Positions 12,892-26,651 are shown, numbered from the stretch's first letter. The stretch: DNA of 64,000 nt from Paraspadella gotoi (GCA_051294375.1 CM119266.1:16858087-16922086), one strand, 5' to 3'. Program-made: numbers and translations. Notes: generated from the sequence alone by a model not told the origin.

Positions 12892-14442
12892 ATGAACGTC
12901 TGGAAAATTTTCTCCGCGTCTTTACAGTTCTTAATTTCAACGTTATGCTTGACCATCGTTTACTGTTATTTCGACTACGGACGCCGATGCTCCCTCTACG
13001 AGCGTCGGCGCCAATCCGTGCTGCGTCTCACTTCCGGAAGTGGGCGTCTTCTCAATTCGATCGAAACCTTCTTCCATCATCGCAATCGCGTTGGAGACTT
13101 TCTCGACGCCAACATCGTCTTCATCGAGAGCGACGACGAACCGATCGGGGAGAATGCTTTGACGATGGCTTTGACGCGTCTGGCGGCGAAACACCCCATG
13201 CTTCGAGCGAAGATCGTGCCTTTGGCTGCCAGCGAATACTTCGCTTTCGAGGAAATTATTCCTTTTAGTCCTGACGTGACGGTGCTTCGAACGTCCAATT
13301 GGCTTTCGGTGCTGGAATCTGAAATGGAAGAACCGCTTCCGTCAAGTGGGCCTCTTTGGCGAGTCAAGATGCTCGACCACTCTCTCCAGGACGGGGTCTA
13401 TAAAAACTTATTGGTGTTTACTTGTCATCACGCCATGGTTGACGGTGTTGCGATAATGAAGCTTTACGATGAGCTGCTTAACGAACTCTCGATTTGCGCC
13501 GACGCAGAAAGGAGCGTCGAGAGTCTCCCCGACGTCATTCCGCGCTCTCTGCCGCTCGATTTTTTTCATTGCGTCCCGCGTCGCTGCGTCGAGATTCCCT
13601 GGACGACTAAAGTTTCCATCTATGTTCGTCTCTGGCTGATAGGTAAAATGCCTTCAGATGCGAGGAACAATGCGCCTTTCTTTCAAATCGCCGGCCGCAG
13701 AGGTCTCCTTCCGAAGCCAAAGACCCGCATGATTCCCATCGAACTCTCGAAGACGTCGACCGCTAAGGTTCTCGCCGCTTGCAGGGTCCACGGCTGCAAA
13801 TTGCAAGGCGTTTTGCAGACGGTCGCTCGGATGGCGCTCACGGCGACGGCGAGGGAGATCGTCGCCGACCCGACGCTCCATCTCGAAATTCGCTCCACCT
13901 TCGCCGCGAACTTGCGCCGATTGACCGGACAGGCTCTGACGGTGGAGGATGTCGTCGGCGCCATCGACATCGTCTTCGTTCCGCCGAAACTCGTGAGCAG
14001 CGACGACGACTTTTGGAAAGCGGCGAAGGCCACCGACGAATGGATTCGCGCTAAAGTGAAAGAGGAACGAGTTTCCGACTACAATCGAATTGTCGAGTTT
14101 CAATTTCGAATTTTTCCGCGCGAGCATCGACGGGCGTGTAGCGACTTCAACTCTATGAGGGACGACGAAACGCCGACGTGGTTGGATTTCATGCTGTCCA
14201 ACCGCGGCGCGTTTTCGTTGGAGGGAGAGGGCGCGCCACGAAGATTCCGGGCGACGGGAACGTTTTACGGAGTGGGCCAGAGTCGACTGGGAACTTGCTT
14301 CTCCCACTTCGTGGTGACGCTGGGAGGAAAATTGTTTTGGACTTTGGATTATCACGAGAATTTGGTGACGGCGGAGGCGGCGCAACTTTACGCGAAACAC
14401 GTGAGGGAAATATTGGATCGCATCGCTGAAGGACGAATCTAA
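12892..14442 (+). CDS. Intronless CoA-dependent acyltransferase, alcohol O-acetyltransferase (Atf1-like)/PapA5-like/condensation-domain superfamily, with N-terminal membrane anchor
   Basis: Uninterrupted 516-aa ORF in a GC-rich island. Catalytic HHxxxDG motif HHAMVDG at 13426-13446. Family-typical segments RLLNSIE, KHPMLRAKI, GPLWRV and C-terminal SNRG (cf. SNLG). Hydrophobic N-terminal stretch IFSASLQFLISTLCLTIVYCYF. AATAAA at 14600-14605. Confidence 0.88.
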   Translation: MNVWKIFSASLQFLISTLCLTIVYCYFDYGRRCSLYERRRQSVLRLTSGSGRLLNSIETFFHHRNRVGDFLDANIVFIESDDEPIGENALTMALTRLAAKHPMLRAKIVPLAASEYFAFEEIIPFSPDVTVLRTSNWLSVLESEMEEPLPSSGPLWRVKMLDHSLQDGVYKNLLVFTCHHAMVDGVAIMKLYDELLNELSICADAERSVESLPDVIPRSLPLDFFHCVPRRCVEIPWTTKVSIYVRLWLIGKMPSDARNNAPFFQIAGRRGLLPKPKTRMIPIELSKTSTAKVLAACRVHGCKLQGVLQTVARMALTATAREIVADPTLHLEIRSTFAANLRRLTGQALTVEDVVGAIDIVFVPPKLVSSDDDFWKAAKATDEWIRAKVKEERVSDYNRIVEFQFRIFPREHRRACSDFNSMRDDETPTWLDFMLSNRGAFSLEGEGAPRRFRATGTFYGVGQSRLGTCFSHFVVTLGGKLFWTLDYHENLVTAEAAQLYAKHVREILDRIAEGRI

Positions 14443-15279
14443 ATCAGGATTGAAATTTGTCAGAGCATTTACGTATTATATACAATATAATATAGTTTAA
14501 ATACGTAATGTGTATAATATACACTGTGTATAATATACACTGTATATATAGTGTGGCGAGATTGCAGATTGACTATTCTAGTATGTCAAGTTGTCAACAA
14601 ATAAAAAATCTTTTCTGTCCCGCCTATTGACCATAAGTGCAATTTGCATTATACATTTCGGTGATTGGCTTATATCTTTACACCACTAATTCCTATTATC
14701 GTTAAAAATATTTATAAAAATTGTTGACTGGGATTAAGACCAAAATACATTCTTCAATAATTAATTTTTATTAAATTAGATTCATTAAGATAAAAATAAT
14801 ACAACAAGAACTCTTTTCAGTTATCAATTCGATTTGGCAATGACAGCTACTGCGAAAAAAAAACTGGTTTCGAAAGAAACGAAGCGATGACGACGATGAC
14901 AACGATGACGACAACAACATCTGCTCCGGCGCCATCTTGAATCCTCATTATATGATCGTATTTCTTATTCATTTTCCTTTCGGCCCGTAAATCATGGAAC
15001 GAGGGTCGAGGGAGGAAAGAAGAGGGTGAGAGATCAGATGTTGGGTCCAGACTCCAGAGGGAAGTGAGTTTGATAGCGACACTGATGTCTTTAAATGTTT
15101 ATCCCTCATCTCTTTTTAAAATCCCCATGCCTTGTTGGATTAGTATGTAAATATATACTCTGAAGGAAGATTTGATCTTTTTTAACTTTAATTTCAATCT
15201 TTTCTTATGCGCTTGTTACCTTGCCTGTCGTCTCCTTCGACGACTTTGGTGACTCTTGTTGCAGGTCCGTCCATTCATC

Positions 15280-15384
<105 letters not shown>

Positions 15385-17424
15385 TCGGTCTCTCTCTTAT
15401 CGAACCTGACAATAGCTCCCGGCACATTCTCCGCATGCACGGTGCCGCATTCCTCGGCTTCCGTTTGTTCCGATTTCGTGCTGCCATCTTACCATTCTCC
15501 TCTTCTTCCTCCTTTTTTTTTTCGTTCTCTATCTTCCTTCCGTCCTCTTTTTATACACTCCCTCCACACCCCGCATGAGGCTGCATGCTTGCTTTCATTC
15601 CCCCTGGGTTTAATTTAAGCCTTATACTCAATCAAAATTTTCATTTTAACGAAATTTAACTGCATTTAAACGAGAAAACCTACTTATCGGTGTCACTTTC
15701 ACTTATCTTTTCACCTCAACCGCTTTTTGAAATTATGAAATTTGAAATTTGCTTCCGGTGTATTTGAGGTCTGCCTTTTGGAAAGAAACGATTTTACTTC
15801 AAAGTTCCTTCGTCTTGATTTACTCTTAAATTTTGAGCTACAGACAGTTTAGGTCAAAATTAACTCTTGAACTCTTTTTCCGTGCCAGTGCGACGCGGCA
15901 CAACGACTCCCTCTTTGAATCGAGAAACGCATAGCTTTTGTCAGAGCGGATTTTAAAATGGGGCGGCGGGGCGCGGGAGGTCCCGAAACGGGGCTGAGGT
16001 GCCGAAAATGTGCTCAGCTGGTGCCCAAACGGCGCGCAGGAGGCGTTGAAACTTGGCGCAGAAGGGGGGGGGAAGGAAAAAATATTGTGGAAAAAGGAAG
16101 AGGAAGGATTAATGGCAACATCTTTCAGTGTCTCAGTCTCTCTCCCTTTCAACGCTTTTCGCGCTTCCTTAACTCTCAGTTTCCCTTCCAATTTTCACTT
16201 TCAACGAACAGTCCAATAATAATCGCCCGCAGCTGCAGCCGCGCTGGGATGCAGGCTCTTCACTGTTGCTCGGCGACGCTGCAAACGGGGAGAACGAAAT
16301 CATTCATGACGACAACAACTAGTTTGGAAGTCGGCACTTTAGACATTTTTTCTCTAAGAGAGTCTTAGTATGTAGATAATCTAATAATCTAAGAAACTTT
16401 AAAAACAAAATACTCGAAACACGACCAGAAAGTTGTTATCATCAAAACGGGCCTCGTTTGTCGTTATTACAGGCATTTAACAAATTGCAACCTTGTTTCG
16501 CTGTGGCAACTCTAAAATTCCAATCGTGACTCTTAACCAGTTTTGCTACATATGGGCAAACTACATGGTGCATAATTCCGAACCTGACGACCAAGGCTCA
16601 CGTCGTCGCTTTGACGACAATCGATTTATCTTCCCTACCTTCTTCTATATTCGGAGAGCGAGAGAGAGAAAGAGAGAAAGAGAGAAAGAGAGAAAGAGAG
16701 AAAGAGAGAAAGAGAGAAAGAGAGAAAGAGAGAAAGAGAGAGAGAACACATTAAACGCGGCCACATTTCACAATTCACGACGCGGAACTGACATTAAATT
16801 CCCCGTGTGTTCTCACGCCAGTTTTTCATTTCCGTCTTTCGTTTTTTTTTAGATTCCAGGCATAAGTTTATATTTCATGCGGTCCATTTTAAATTTGTAG
16901 CCAAAATTTGCCGGCAAAAAATGAAAAAAATGGTGATGCATCCAAATTTAAATGTTTTTTTTTAAACTTACCTTCGCATAGTTCAAGTTTTATTTCACGT
17001 TTGTTTATAATATTCTGTCGCGTACGACGTTACTGAGCAGCTTTATCGTGAACGTGAGTGATGTTCCTAGTCGTTTTGATGGTTCGATCAAAAAAAACAA
17101 TTCGGAATATTTTCTCATAATTAACGACAATGACGATGATGATGACGACAGCGACAAAGAAATCTATCCCAAGATAAAAGTCGATAACGACGACGTCTTA
17201 TAACGACGCATCTTTAGTCGATTTTCTTTGCGTTGGCGTCTGGCGCGGACCGCCTCCAGCCCATCACAGATACCGGCGCCGATTCTTTATTTCTCCCTTT
17301 GTCCTTGGAGACAGGATCGAGGACGACGTCGTTTTTTTTTAATCTCGTTAATTTTTTTTTTCGTTATCGTTATGAATGTTTATTTTTCACAATTTTATTT
17401 TATTCAAAAGGTTCGTGACTATTT

Positions 17425-20400
17425 TCTCGCATATGGGTTTTTATTTTTAGTATTTTTGGCAATAAGTCGCAATGCAAGATAAAAGCTAAAAGGGAGTTTC
17501 AGCTACTTTTGCACCAATTTATTGATTCTAGTAGACAACTCCTTTATAACCCAATATATCAAAGTTATGAGCCATTTGTACTCAGAAGGTTTTCAGTTAC
17601 ATGTTGAAGGCACCGTCATTTCTCTGTGAGAAGATTTAACAAGGGTCCAATCATTGAAAAATAGAAAAATATATGAAAAAAGTGTGACACAATTTTTTTA
17701 CTGAATGTTTCCAAAATTATGGTACTGTCACAAAATGGTTTAAAAACGATTTTAATACATATTTGTTAGGGCAGACAGCCCTTACCTCTACATATTTTTT
17801 TGCGACTAATTTTGGAATCAGGGCTTGTTCATAATCATTAATATATCAGAAATTTGGACTGACAAACAGTTCTACTTTTTTATCAATATTTTTACTTTTT
17901 TGCACTGAATTGTCTTTGTTTATGAGAAAAAAAATCGAAAAATTGAGGGTAGTAGCGGTAAATCTATGTTGTTTTTGATCATTTATGATAATTTGAAAAA
18001 AAAAAATATGCAAACTTGATGAATAGGACATTTTATTCTTTAATAAAAAATTGAATTTTCCATGTTTTTTCGAAAATATTATTTTTTTGCGTTCAATAAT
18101 TATGAATTAAAGAAAACGCGTTAAACATTTTGGCATTTCTAAAAACACAATATTGGAGGTAATCAATTTTGCGCAAAATCTGATGTTTTTTTATTTTTGA
18201 TATTTTTATTTTTTTATGCAAATCATAACTATGAATGAGCTTGTCAAATCAATTTTTTTTTATCATTTTTTTATATAAGCTGACTTTTTTGCCTGATTGA
18301 AATTGATTGAATTGGTTTCCCAAAAATACTTCCTTTGTATTAAAAAAAAGCTTTTAAAAATGTGCAATAATCTCAATTTGCATATTGCAAGTAAAATTAA
18401 ATAATTTTTTAAAATATACATAATAAATAAAATTTTTTTTTAGGTTTAAAACGCTTATATACCTATATGTGGTTATTATGATTCAAGAAAAGGTTATTAA
18501 GAAAGATTATTTTTTTTACAAAAAAAAATAAATTAAAAAAAAGAAAAAAACCTTGTCATAGTGAAAAAAAGATAGATGTGAAAACAGAATCCCAGCCAGA
18601 AATTCAGAATTGAACAAAATTGATCGATAATGGAATTTTATGCAAATGGCAAAGTTTAGTTCCAATAATATTTATGGGTAATAATTTTTAAATTATTCAC
18701 TGTATTGTTACTGTATATCGATAGCCAGTAAAATTGCATAGATTTTTAGGATGAACTCTGGTAAAGCACTCAGGGAAAAAAAAATATTCAGATGGGCTGA
18801 AATTCAATAATATTTTTTTCTCCTCGGTGGAACTCTCTTTCAGCTTTTTAGCTTGCAATTTCGTCATAACAGAACGATACTATGTTTTGAAATGATGTCT
18901 TGTTAACACTTTTATGTTTTTATTTTTTCAGCTAAGATTCTATTTTGATCAAGAAAAAAACGATGAAATTTTTTAACGTATTCACGATTTACCAAAACTA
19001 TCTAACTTAAATTTCGGACTGAGTCTTTATAATCCTCGCGCCAAAAAGCCACGCCCTTTTTTTAAGCCCGTCCGCGTTNNNNNNNNNNNNNNNNNNNNNN
19101 NNNTTTCTCGCAATATGGGATTTTTTTAATTTTTAGTATTTTTGCAATAAGTCGCAATGCAAGATAAAAGCTAAAAGGGAGTTTCAGCCTACTTTTGCAC
19201 CAATTTATTGATCTCAGAGACAACTCCTTTACCCAATATTATCAATTATGCAGCCATTTGGTACTCAGAAGGTTCAGTTACAATGTGAAGGACCGTCATT
19301 TCTCTGTGAGAAGATTAACAAGGTCCAATCATTGACAAAATAGAAAAATATATGAAAAAAAGTGTGACAAATTTTTTTACTGAATGTTTTCAAAATTATG
19401 GTACTGTCACAAAATGGTTTAAAAAACGCATTTTTAATACATATTCTGTTAGGGCAGACCAAGCCCTTACCTCTACATATTTTTTGCGACAATTTTGAAT
19501 CAGGGCTTGTTCATAATCAATTAATATATCAGAAATTTGGACTGACAAACAGGTTTCTACTTTTTATCAAATATTTTACTTTTTTGCACTGATGTCTTTG
19601 TTATGAGAAAAAAAACGAAAATTGAGGGTAGTAGCGGTAAATCTATGTTGTTTTGATCATTTATGATAAATTTGAATAAAAAATATGCAAAACTTTGATG
19701 ATAGGANNNNNNNNNNATATACATAATATAAAATTTTTTTTTAGGTTTAAAACGCTTATAACTATATGTGGTTATTATGATTCAAAAGGTTATTAAGAAA
19801 GACTTATTTTTTTTACAAAAAAAAATAAATTAAAAAAAAAAAACCTTGTCATAGTGAAAAAAAGATAGATGTGAAAACAGAATCCCAGCCAGAAATTCAG
19901 AAATTGACAAAAATTGATCGAAATGACTTTTTATGCAATGGCAAAGTTTAGTTCCAATAATATTTATGGGTAATAAATTTTTAAATTATTCACTGTATTT
20001 TACTGTATCTCGATAGCCTGTAACAATTTTGCATAGATTTTTTAGGATAACTTCTGTAAAGACTCAGGGAATAAAAAAAATATTCAGATGGGCTGAAATC
20101 AATAATATTTTTTTTCTCCTCGGTGGAACTCTCTTTCAGCTTTTAGCTTGCATTTCGTCATAACAGAACGATACTATGTATTTGAAATGATGTCTTGTTA
20201 ACACTTTTATGATTTTTATTTAGATGTGAAACAGAATCCCAGCCAAGAAATTCAGAAATGACAAAAATTGATCGAAAATGACTTTTTATGCAATGGCAAA
20301 TTTAGTTCCAATAATATTTATGGTAATAAATTTTTAATTATTCACTGTATTTACTGTATCTCAATAGCCTGTAACAATTTTGCATAGATTTTTTAGGATA

Positions 20401-20720
20401 ACTTCTGTAAAGACTCAGGGAATAAAAAAAATATTCAGATGGGCTGAAATCAATAATATTTTTTTTCTTCGGTGGAACTCTCTTCAGCTTTAGCTGCATT
20501 TCGTCATAACAGAACGTACTATGTATTTGAAATGATGTCTTGTTAACACTTTTTTTATGATTTTTATTTTTTTTCAGCTAAGATTCTATTTTGATCAAGA
20601 AAAAACGATGAAATTTTTTAACGTATTCACGATTTACCAAAACTATCTAACTTAAATTTCGGAAACTGAGTCTTTTATAAATCCTCGCGCCAAGCCACGG
20701 CTTTTTTTAAGCCACGTCCC
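17425..20720 (+). repeat. ~1.65-kb tandem duplication across a 25-N gap (17425-19078 vs 19104-20720) with an extra internal re-copy (about 19867-20220 vs 20221-20560); probable assembly artefact
   Basis: Copies differ almost only by 1-nt indels and abut N-gaps at 19079-19103 and 19707-19716. Confidence 0.85.
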
Positions 20721-21838
20721 GACGAAAGCAGAAAGTTATAAAAACAGCGACAAACAAAAAAAGTTGCAAAGTCATGAACGAATCAACAAGACTTCGTAAA
20801 ATGGCAATGTTTAGTTTTTAGTTTTTAGAGTTGATCTATCTTTCTGTCCCACTGACATTTAAATGTACATATATCAATGATTTATTTATTTATTTGGGTC
20901 AAGGTTTTATAAATTTTAACCTAGTTTTAAGACGTAAAAAATATTTGTTCATCGAGAAAAAAAATTGTTAGGAAAAAAAATTCATTATTTTTTTCGACTT
21001 TTTGTGAGTTATAAACTGATAGTGTGATATTTTAACAGTATATATCTTGGATACGCCTTTCACATCTGTATTTTTTTTACATCTCAATTATTTAAAAAAT
21101 ATTTTTTGGCGACTTAAAGACATATAATTAAATTTTCACACCTCGGGATATTTTGCTATTAGCTTTCAAAATATAATTTGTCCTTCCGAATATTGTTCAA
21201 GTTAAATGCTACGTACAGTGACATGATTTCAAGCTACAATATTTCATTCAACTAAGCTCATTGATAAGCCTCAAGAGTTTAGTTTGAAATTGCATGAGCC
21301 GGCAAGTTATCACTCTTAAGGCGACAACGACTTCCCTTAGTGCAGAGGCGATTTCCTTTGTTGATTCGCCCAGAACATTTGCATTGCTTTCTTTGGACAA
21401 ACGCTTTTTCTGAACGACCCCTCGCTCACCTTTCACTTCCGTCCCGGGTCATTTCAGCTCAAAATTTAAATGATTTTAATTGAATTTTGAATTTTAACTA
21501 AACTTCTTAATTGTAAAATTTTTCAAATATTTAATTGATTTGTTTTTACTTTTCTTGTTTTTACTTTTCACTTTACTTGTCTTTCCTGGCGGAAGCTTGA
21601 TATTTAAAATTATTCGTTAAGAAGCACGTTTGATGATTGTAACAGACGAAGAGTTTTGTACCTTAGTGCTTGGCGATTTTTCTTTCGAAAACCCGTTAAC
21701 AAGTTTTACTACATAAACCATGAATTCCCCCTTAACTTAAACTTCAAGGTCGTTAAAAACAGTCTTTTCCACACGAAAACCTCTTAAAAAGTAATTTCGC
21801 GAAATTCGGTTTCTCTAAAAAGTCAGAAAGGCAAAGTA

Positions 21839-21876
<38 letters not shown>

Positions 21877-21879
21877 TGA

Positions 21880-21912
<33 letters not shown>

Positions 21913-22042
21913 CAGAGAGATATTGAAATTGATATTGAAAAACGAAAGTGCTAGTACTTTAAACTGCCCTAAAAAGCTACCTTATCTTATCATTTGTAAG
22001 TATTAACAGTTTTCTTGAGTTTTTTATAAATGGTTACAGAAC

Positions 22043-22119
<77 letters not shown>

Positions 22120-22399
22120 AATGTCGCCTTTTTTAGTCGGATCTGCTTATCAGCAGATCCCGACTCTATAACTCACTTTTTCGGTCCGTCGTCCGCCCCC
22201 TCAATTATTGTCGGAACACACTTATATCATGTCAGAACATCGAATTATGATAAATTATGCAAAAAAAAAACGATGTCCGTCGTCCGTCTTATGTCTCTCC
22301 GTCTCCGTCCTCGTCCGTCCGTCCGTCCGTCCTTCCGTCCGTCCGTCCGTCCGTCCGTCCTCGTCCGTCCGTCCCACCTTAGCAAAAAACTCAATTACT

Positions 22400-24135
22400 C
22401 GTGATTGGATGGATGGATTGGTATGAAATTTTGTGTGTGGGTAGGAACAGTGTGATTGAGATGGATATGAAGTTTTGAGGGAATCGTGCGAGTGGAAATT
22501 GGTTTAAATGGAAAAAACAAAAAAATATATTTCACTATTTGAACGCCAATTGCTCATGAGTGGATAGGACAATTGACTTGAAATTTTGTATGATGGTAGG
22601 GAAGTGTGAATTGAGCTGGATATAAAGTTTCGATGGAATCGTGCGAGTGGAAATGAGTTAAAATGGAAAACAAAAGTCATATTTACTTAAAGTATTTTTA
22701 CTTAAATTTACTCATAATTATTATGTTTATTAAAATTGGATAGATAAATCGAAATGGAATTTTGTGTGTGGTAGAAAGTATGTGATAAAGCTGGATATAA
22801 ATTTTTTGATGGAATCGTAGGAGTGGAAAAGAGTTCAAATTAGAGAAACCAAAAGACACATTTATTTGAATTTTTAAAGTTTCTCTCTCTCTCTCTGATT
22901 GATTGATTATGATTGATTGATTGACCAAATTATGCCAATGACAAAAATATGCCAGTTGACCAATTCTAAAGTTCACCAAATTATGCCAGTTGACCAAATT
23001 CTGCAAGTTGATCAAGTTCTGCAAGTTGACCAAATTATGCCTGTTGACCAAATTATGCCTGTTGACCAAGTCATGCCAGTTGACCCAAATTATGCCAGTT
23101 GACCAAATTATGCTAGTTGACCAAATTAGGCAAGTTGATAAAATTATGCCAGTTGACCAAATTATGCCGTTGACCAATTATCTTAATTGATCAAATATGT
23201 CAGTGACCAAATTATGTCAGTTGACCAAATTATGTCAGTTGACCAAATTATGTCAGTTGACCAAATTATGTCAGTTGACCAAATTATGTCAGTTGACCAA
23301 TTATGTCAGTTAACCAAATTATGTCAGTTGACAATATTTGCAAGTTGATTAAATTATGCAAGTTGAACAAGTTAGCTTATTACCACTTAATTATTGATTG
23401 ACCTGGAATTTTGTATGTGAGTAGAAAGTTGTGATTGAACAGGAAACAAGTTTCGATGGAATCTTTTGAGTGAAATGAGTTTAAATGGAAAAAACAAAAA
23501 ACCTGTTTCACTAAATTGATTATTCTTTTCCTTTTATATTAAAGTGTATATCAGATGTATTAATAATCAAATAATTAATCAGTTAATTAATCAAGTTAAT
23601 TAATTAATCAATAATTAATTAATCAGTCAATCAATCCGTCTATCCGTCCCACCTTAGCAAAAAGCTCCAATAACTCGTGATGGCTGGTGGATTGGAAAGA
23701 ATTTTGTGTGTGGGTAGGAAAGTGTGTGATAAAGCTGGATATAAAGTTTCGACGGAATCGTGTGAGTTTAACGAGGAAAAAACATAAGTCGCATTTACTA
23801 AATATTTTTACATTATTTAACCAATAGTACTCTAATTAATCATAATTGGATGGATAGATTGAGTTCAAATTTTTTGTGTGGGTAGAAAATGTGTAACGAT
23901 GCTTGATATAAAGTTTCGGTGGAAACGTACGAGTGAAATGAGTTTAATGAAAAAAATATGATCACATTTACATTGAATCTTTTTACTTATTTTAACCCAT
24001 AATAGATTGAGATGAAAATTTTGTGAGCGGGTAGGAAAGTGTGTGAAGAAGCTAGATATAAAGTTTTGACGGAATTGTGCAGTGGAAATGAGTTTAAATT
24101 GGAAACATAAGTTACATTTACTTGAATCTTTATAT
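22400..24135 (+). repeat. Diverged ~135-150-bp tandem repeat (GAAATTTTGTGTGTGGGTAGGAAAGTGTG...GGAATCGTGCGAGTGGAAATGAGTTTAAATGG) inside the HINE-like element
   Basis: The motif recurs near 22425, 22580, 22757, 23406, 23699, 23867 and 24015, and partially at 25141. Confidence 0.8.
22920..23372 (+). repeat. 18-bp minisatellite (GTTGACCAAATTATGCCA / ...ATGTCA)n
   Basis: More than 20 visible tandem units; explains the VDQIMP-repeat ORFs. Confidence 0.95.
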
Positions 24136-24139
24136 TTAT

Positions 24140-24172
<33 letters not shown>

Positions 24173-24252
24173 CAGAAAAAATGAGCATAGGATCGTCGCA
24201 ATTGCAAAGAGAGAGAGAGAGCAGAAAAATGAGCATAAGGATCGTTGCAATG

Positions 24253-24301
<49 letters not shown>

Positions 24302-26568
24302 AAGAGAGAGAGTCGAAATAATGTCCGAAGTAATTTACATGTTAATCACCAAATGTAAACAATTGAGATACAAACGGCATTGAACGGCATTGAAAGGCAT
24401 TGGACTCGCTGGATATAAAAAGATATATAAACGAATTAATAAAACCTTAATATAAAATTAAATCAGTAAGAAAACATTAAACAAACCTGCTTCACGCTCG
24501 TAAAGCTTGATAACTACTAATTTAATTCTTACTTTCTCTCACAAAGGTAAGTTTCTTCACTTATATATATAGTAAACGTTTTAGGCAAAAAGAGCAACGA
24601 TTTTTTGGGAAACTTGAAACACGGAAATATTTAACAGGGTTCTTGTAGAGCTTAAGAAGTTAAATGAAAGTTAGTACTATAATTTTTTCAAATTTTGACA
24701 TAAATGGTTTAAAAATAGAAAAAACCTTAAAAATTATCATCATCATCATTATTGGCGGATTTTATTTTTTTAATTTTTCATAAATAAAACAACAAAAAAA
24801 GTTGTATTAATAACCTTTATCTAACTTTTAAAGCTCTATCAGAATCTATAAAAAAAAATGATAAGCAAAATTTTAAAAATTATTTTTAATTTTCATATTA
24901 TTTAATAGTCGCTTACATTAACCATTAACCATTTGAGAGAACTTCAAGTTTTCAACCTGTTCCGGCCTAATATCTAGTAAGGCGGGCCAAAATTGAACAC
25001 TTTTCTAACTCCTAGTTCTCTTTAAAAAATTTTTTTTCCTTTTACTACTAAATCGATTTTCAATGGTAACTTTTGATTTAGTTCATTGGGGTTGTTTGCA
25101 CTGAAGCTTTTAAATAATTATAATAATATAATAATTAATAAAGTTTTGACGGAATTGTGCCAGTGGAAATGAGTTTAGATGAAAAAACATAAGTCACATA
25201 TACTTGAATCTTTAATATTAATGATTACTAATAAATGTTTTAATTAATTAATTAGTTAATTAATTAATTAATTAATGTGAAAAAATGATGCAAGTTAAAA
25301 AAATCTTAAAAGCATAAAGATCGTCGCAATTGCATAAAAAGGAGAGAGAGAGAGAGAGAGAGAGTGAGAGTGAGAGAGACAAGGAGACATAAAATAAAAT
25401 AAGGATATTTGTTTGTTTTGATAAAATGCAAACAATACATATTTAATAACTGTCCTAACCCAATTTTAAGGACATCGATGATGATAAGTTGAATATAAAT
25501 TTAAAATTAATTATTACATAATAAAATTAATTAATTAATTAATTAATCGATTAATTAATTATTAATAATTATCGTAGGCAGATCCGACATTGTTTGCTCA
25601 ACTTGTTACTTATTCCATTTTGATTTGAATTATTGAAAATTACGCTTGGCGAGGGTTGGTTAATTGTTTGTAATATACCTCTTTGTAAGTGAAATTAAAA
25701 ACTTGGTAAAACCATCAATCTCAAGTCATAAAAAGCGTTTGTTGTTTTATATTTTTTTATAATTTTTTTTTTTGCATCGCATCTGGTAATTGGCCCCCGC
25801 ACTTTTAGTTAGTTTAATCAATTCTTTTAATATTTTTCCGATAAACTCGTTGGTCGACCAACGACCAGATTAGCCGCGTCGGGCGAAATTACGCGCTCTA
25901 TTCATTCTTTTTTTTCTATATAGATTTCCGATTGACAGTTTGATTGGTGGCGTTGTCGTCCAGATTAATAATTTAATTGAAATGAATGTGAATGGGACTC
26001 GTATGAAAGGCTCCGAATGGGAAAATTGAGAAATGGAAAAATGTAGAAGACTACCAGGGGATAAAAAAAACGCGACGAGTCGGTTGGGAAAGAAAACGAG
26101 GTTTTTAATCATTCTCGGCCGCGAGGAGGAAAGATGAGTCCTTATTCGCGAACATTCTTTATTCATCACTTCCAACGNNNNNNNNNNNNNNNNNNNNNNN
26201 NNTCTTGCCACGTCTTGCCACGTCTTATCGCTAGCATCATTAATAAGTCAAATTTCTTTATTTAACCTCAAAACAAACATGGACCAAACACTGTTAACTG
26301 TTCAGTGTTCACTGTTCATCTCTTTTCTCTTTATTAGTTATTCTCCCATTTTCTCCCGTTTCTCATCACATCATCTCAGGCTCTCAAACAGAACGTCGGA
26401 ATTCCATTGAGAAGGAGTCCCCTCAGCGACCAAACATAAATTTAGAAACAAAGTGAATTATCGTTTCTCGAGCGAAATCCATTGTTTAACTCCGGACTGA
26501 CTTGTATACCGATTCGTCACTGGTTATCTCCTGTTCCTCTCTCTTCTCTTCTCTCTTTTTTCTTCTCT

Positions 26569-26651
<83 letters not shown>

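Larger units (their letters stand above)
22131..25608 (+). mobile_element. DINE-1/HINE-like (non-autonomous Helentron-type) element with central tandem arrays
   Basis: T-run, then subterminal IR GTCGGATCTGCTTA (22136-22149) with adjacent partial IR (22152-22165), (GTCC)n microsatellite (about 22310-22375), internal tandem repeats, matching TAGGCAGATCCGAC (25575-25588), and CTTGTT end. Confidence 0.65.

Noticed and set aside
13654-14400. 248-aa antisense ORF and other ORFs overlapping the acyltransferase
   Set aside because: Shadow frames of a GC-rich coding sequence; no recognisable motifs.
14760-14940. Minus-strand CAAGATGGCG start (MAPEQMLLSS...) as a gene start or YY1-like site
   Set aside because: Short frame with no clear donor or downstream exons; the motif alone is insufficient.
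22698-23190. VDQIMP-repeat ORFs, or a CRISPR-like array
   Set aside because: Head-to-tail 18-bp minisatellite with no spacers, inside a HINE-like element; eukaryotic context with no cas genes.
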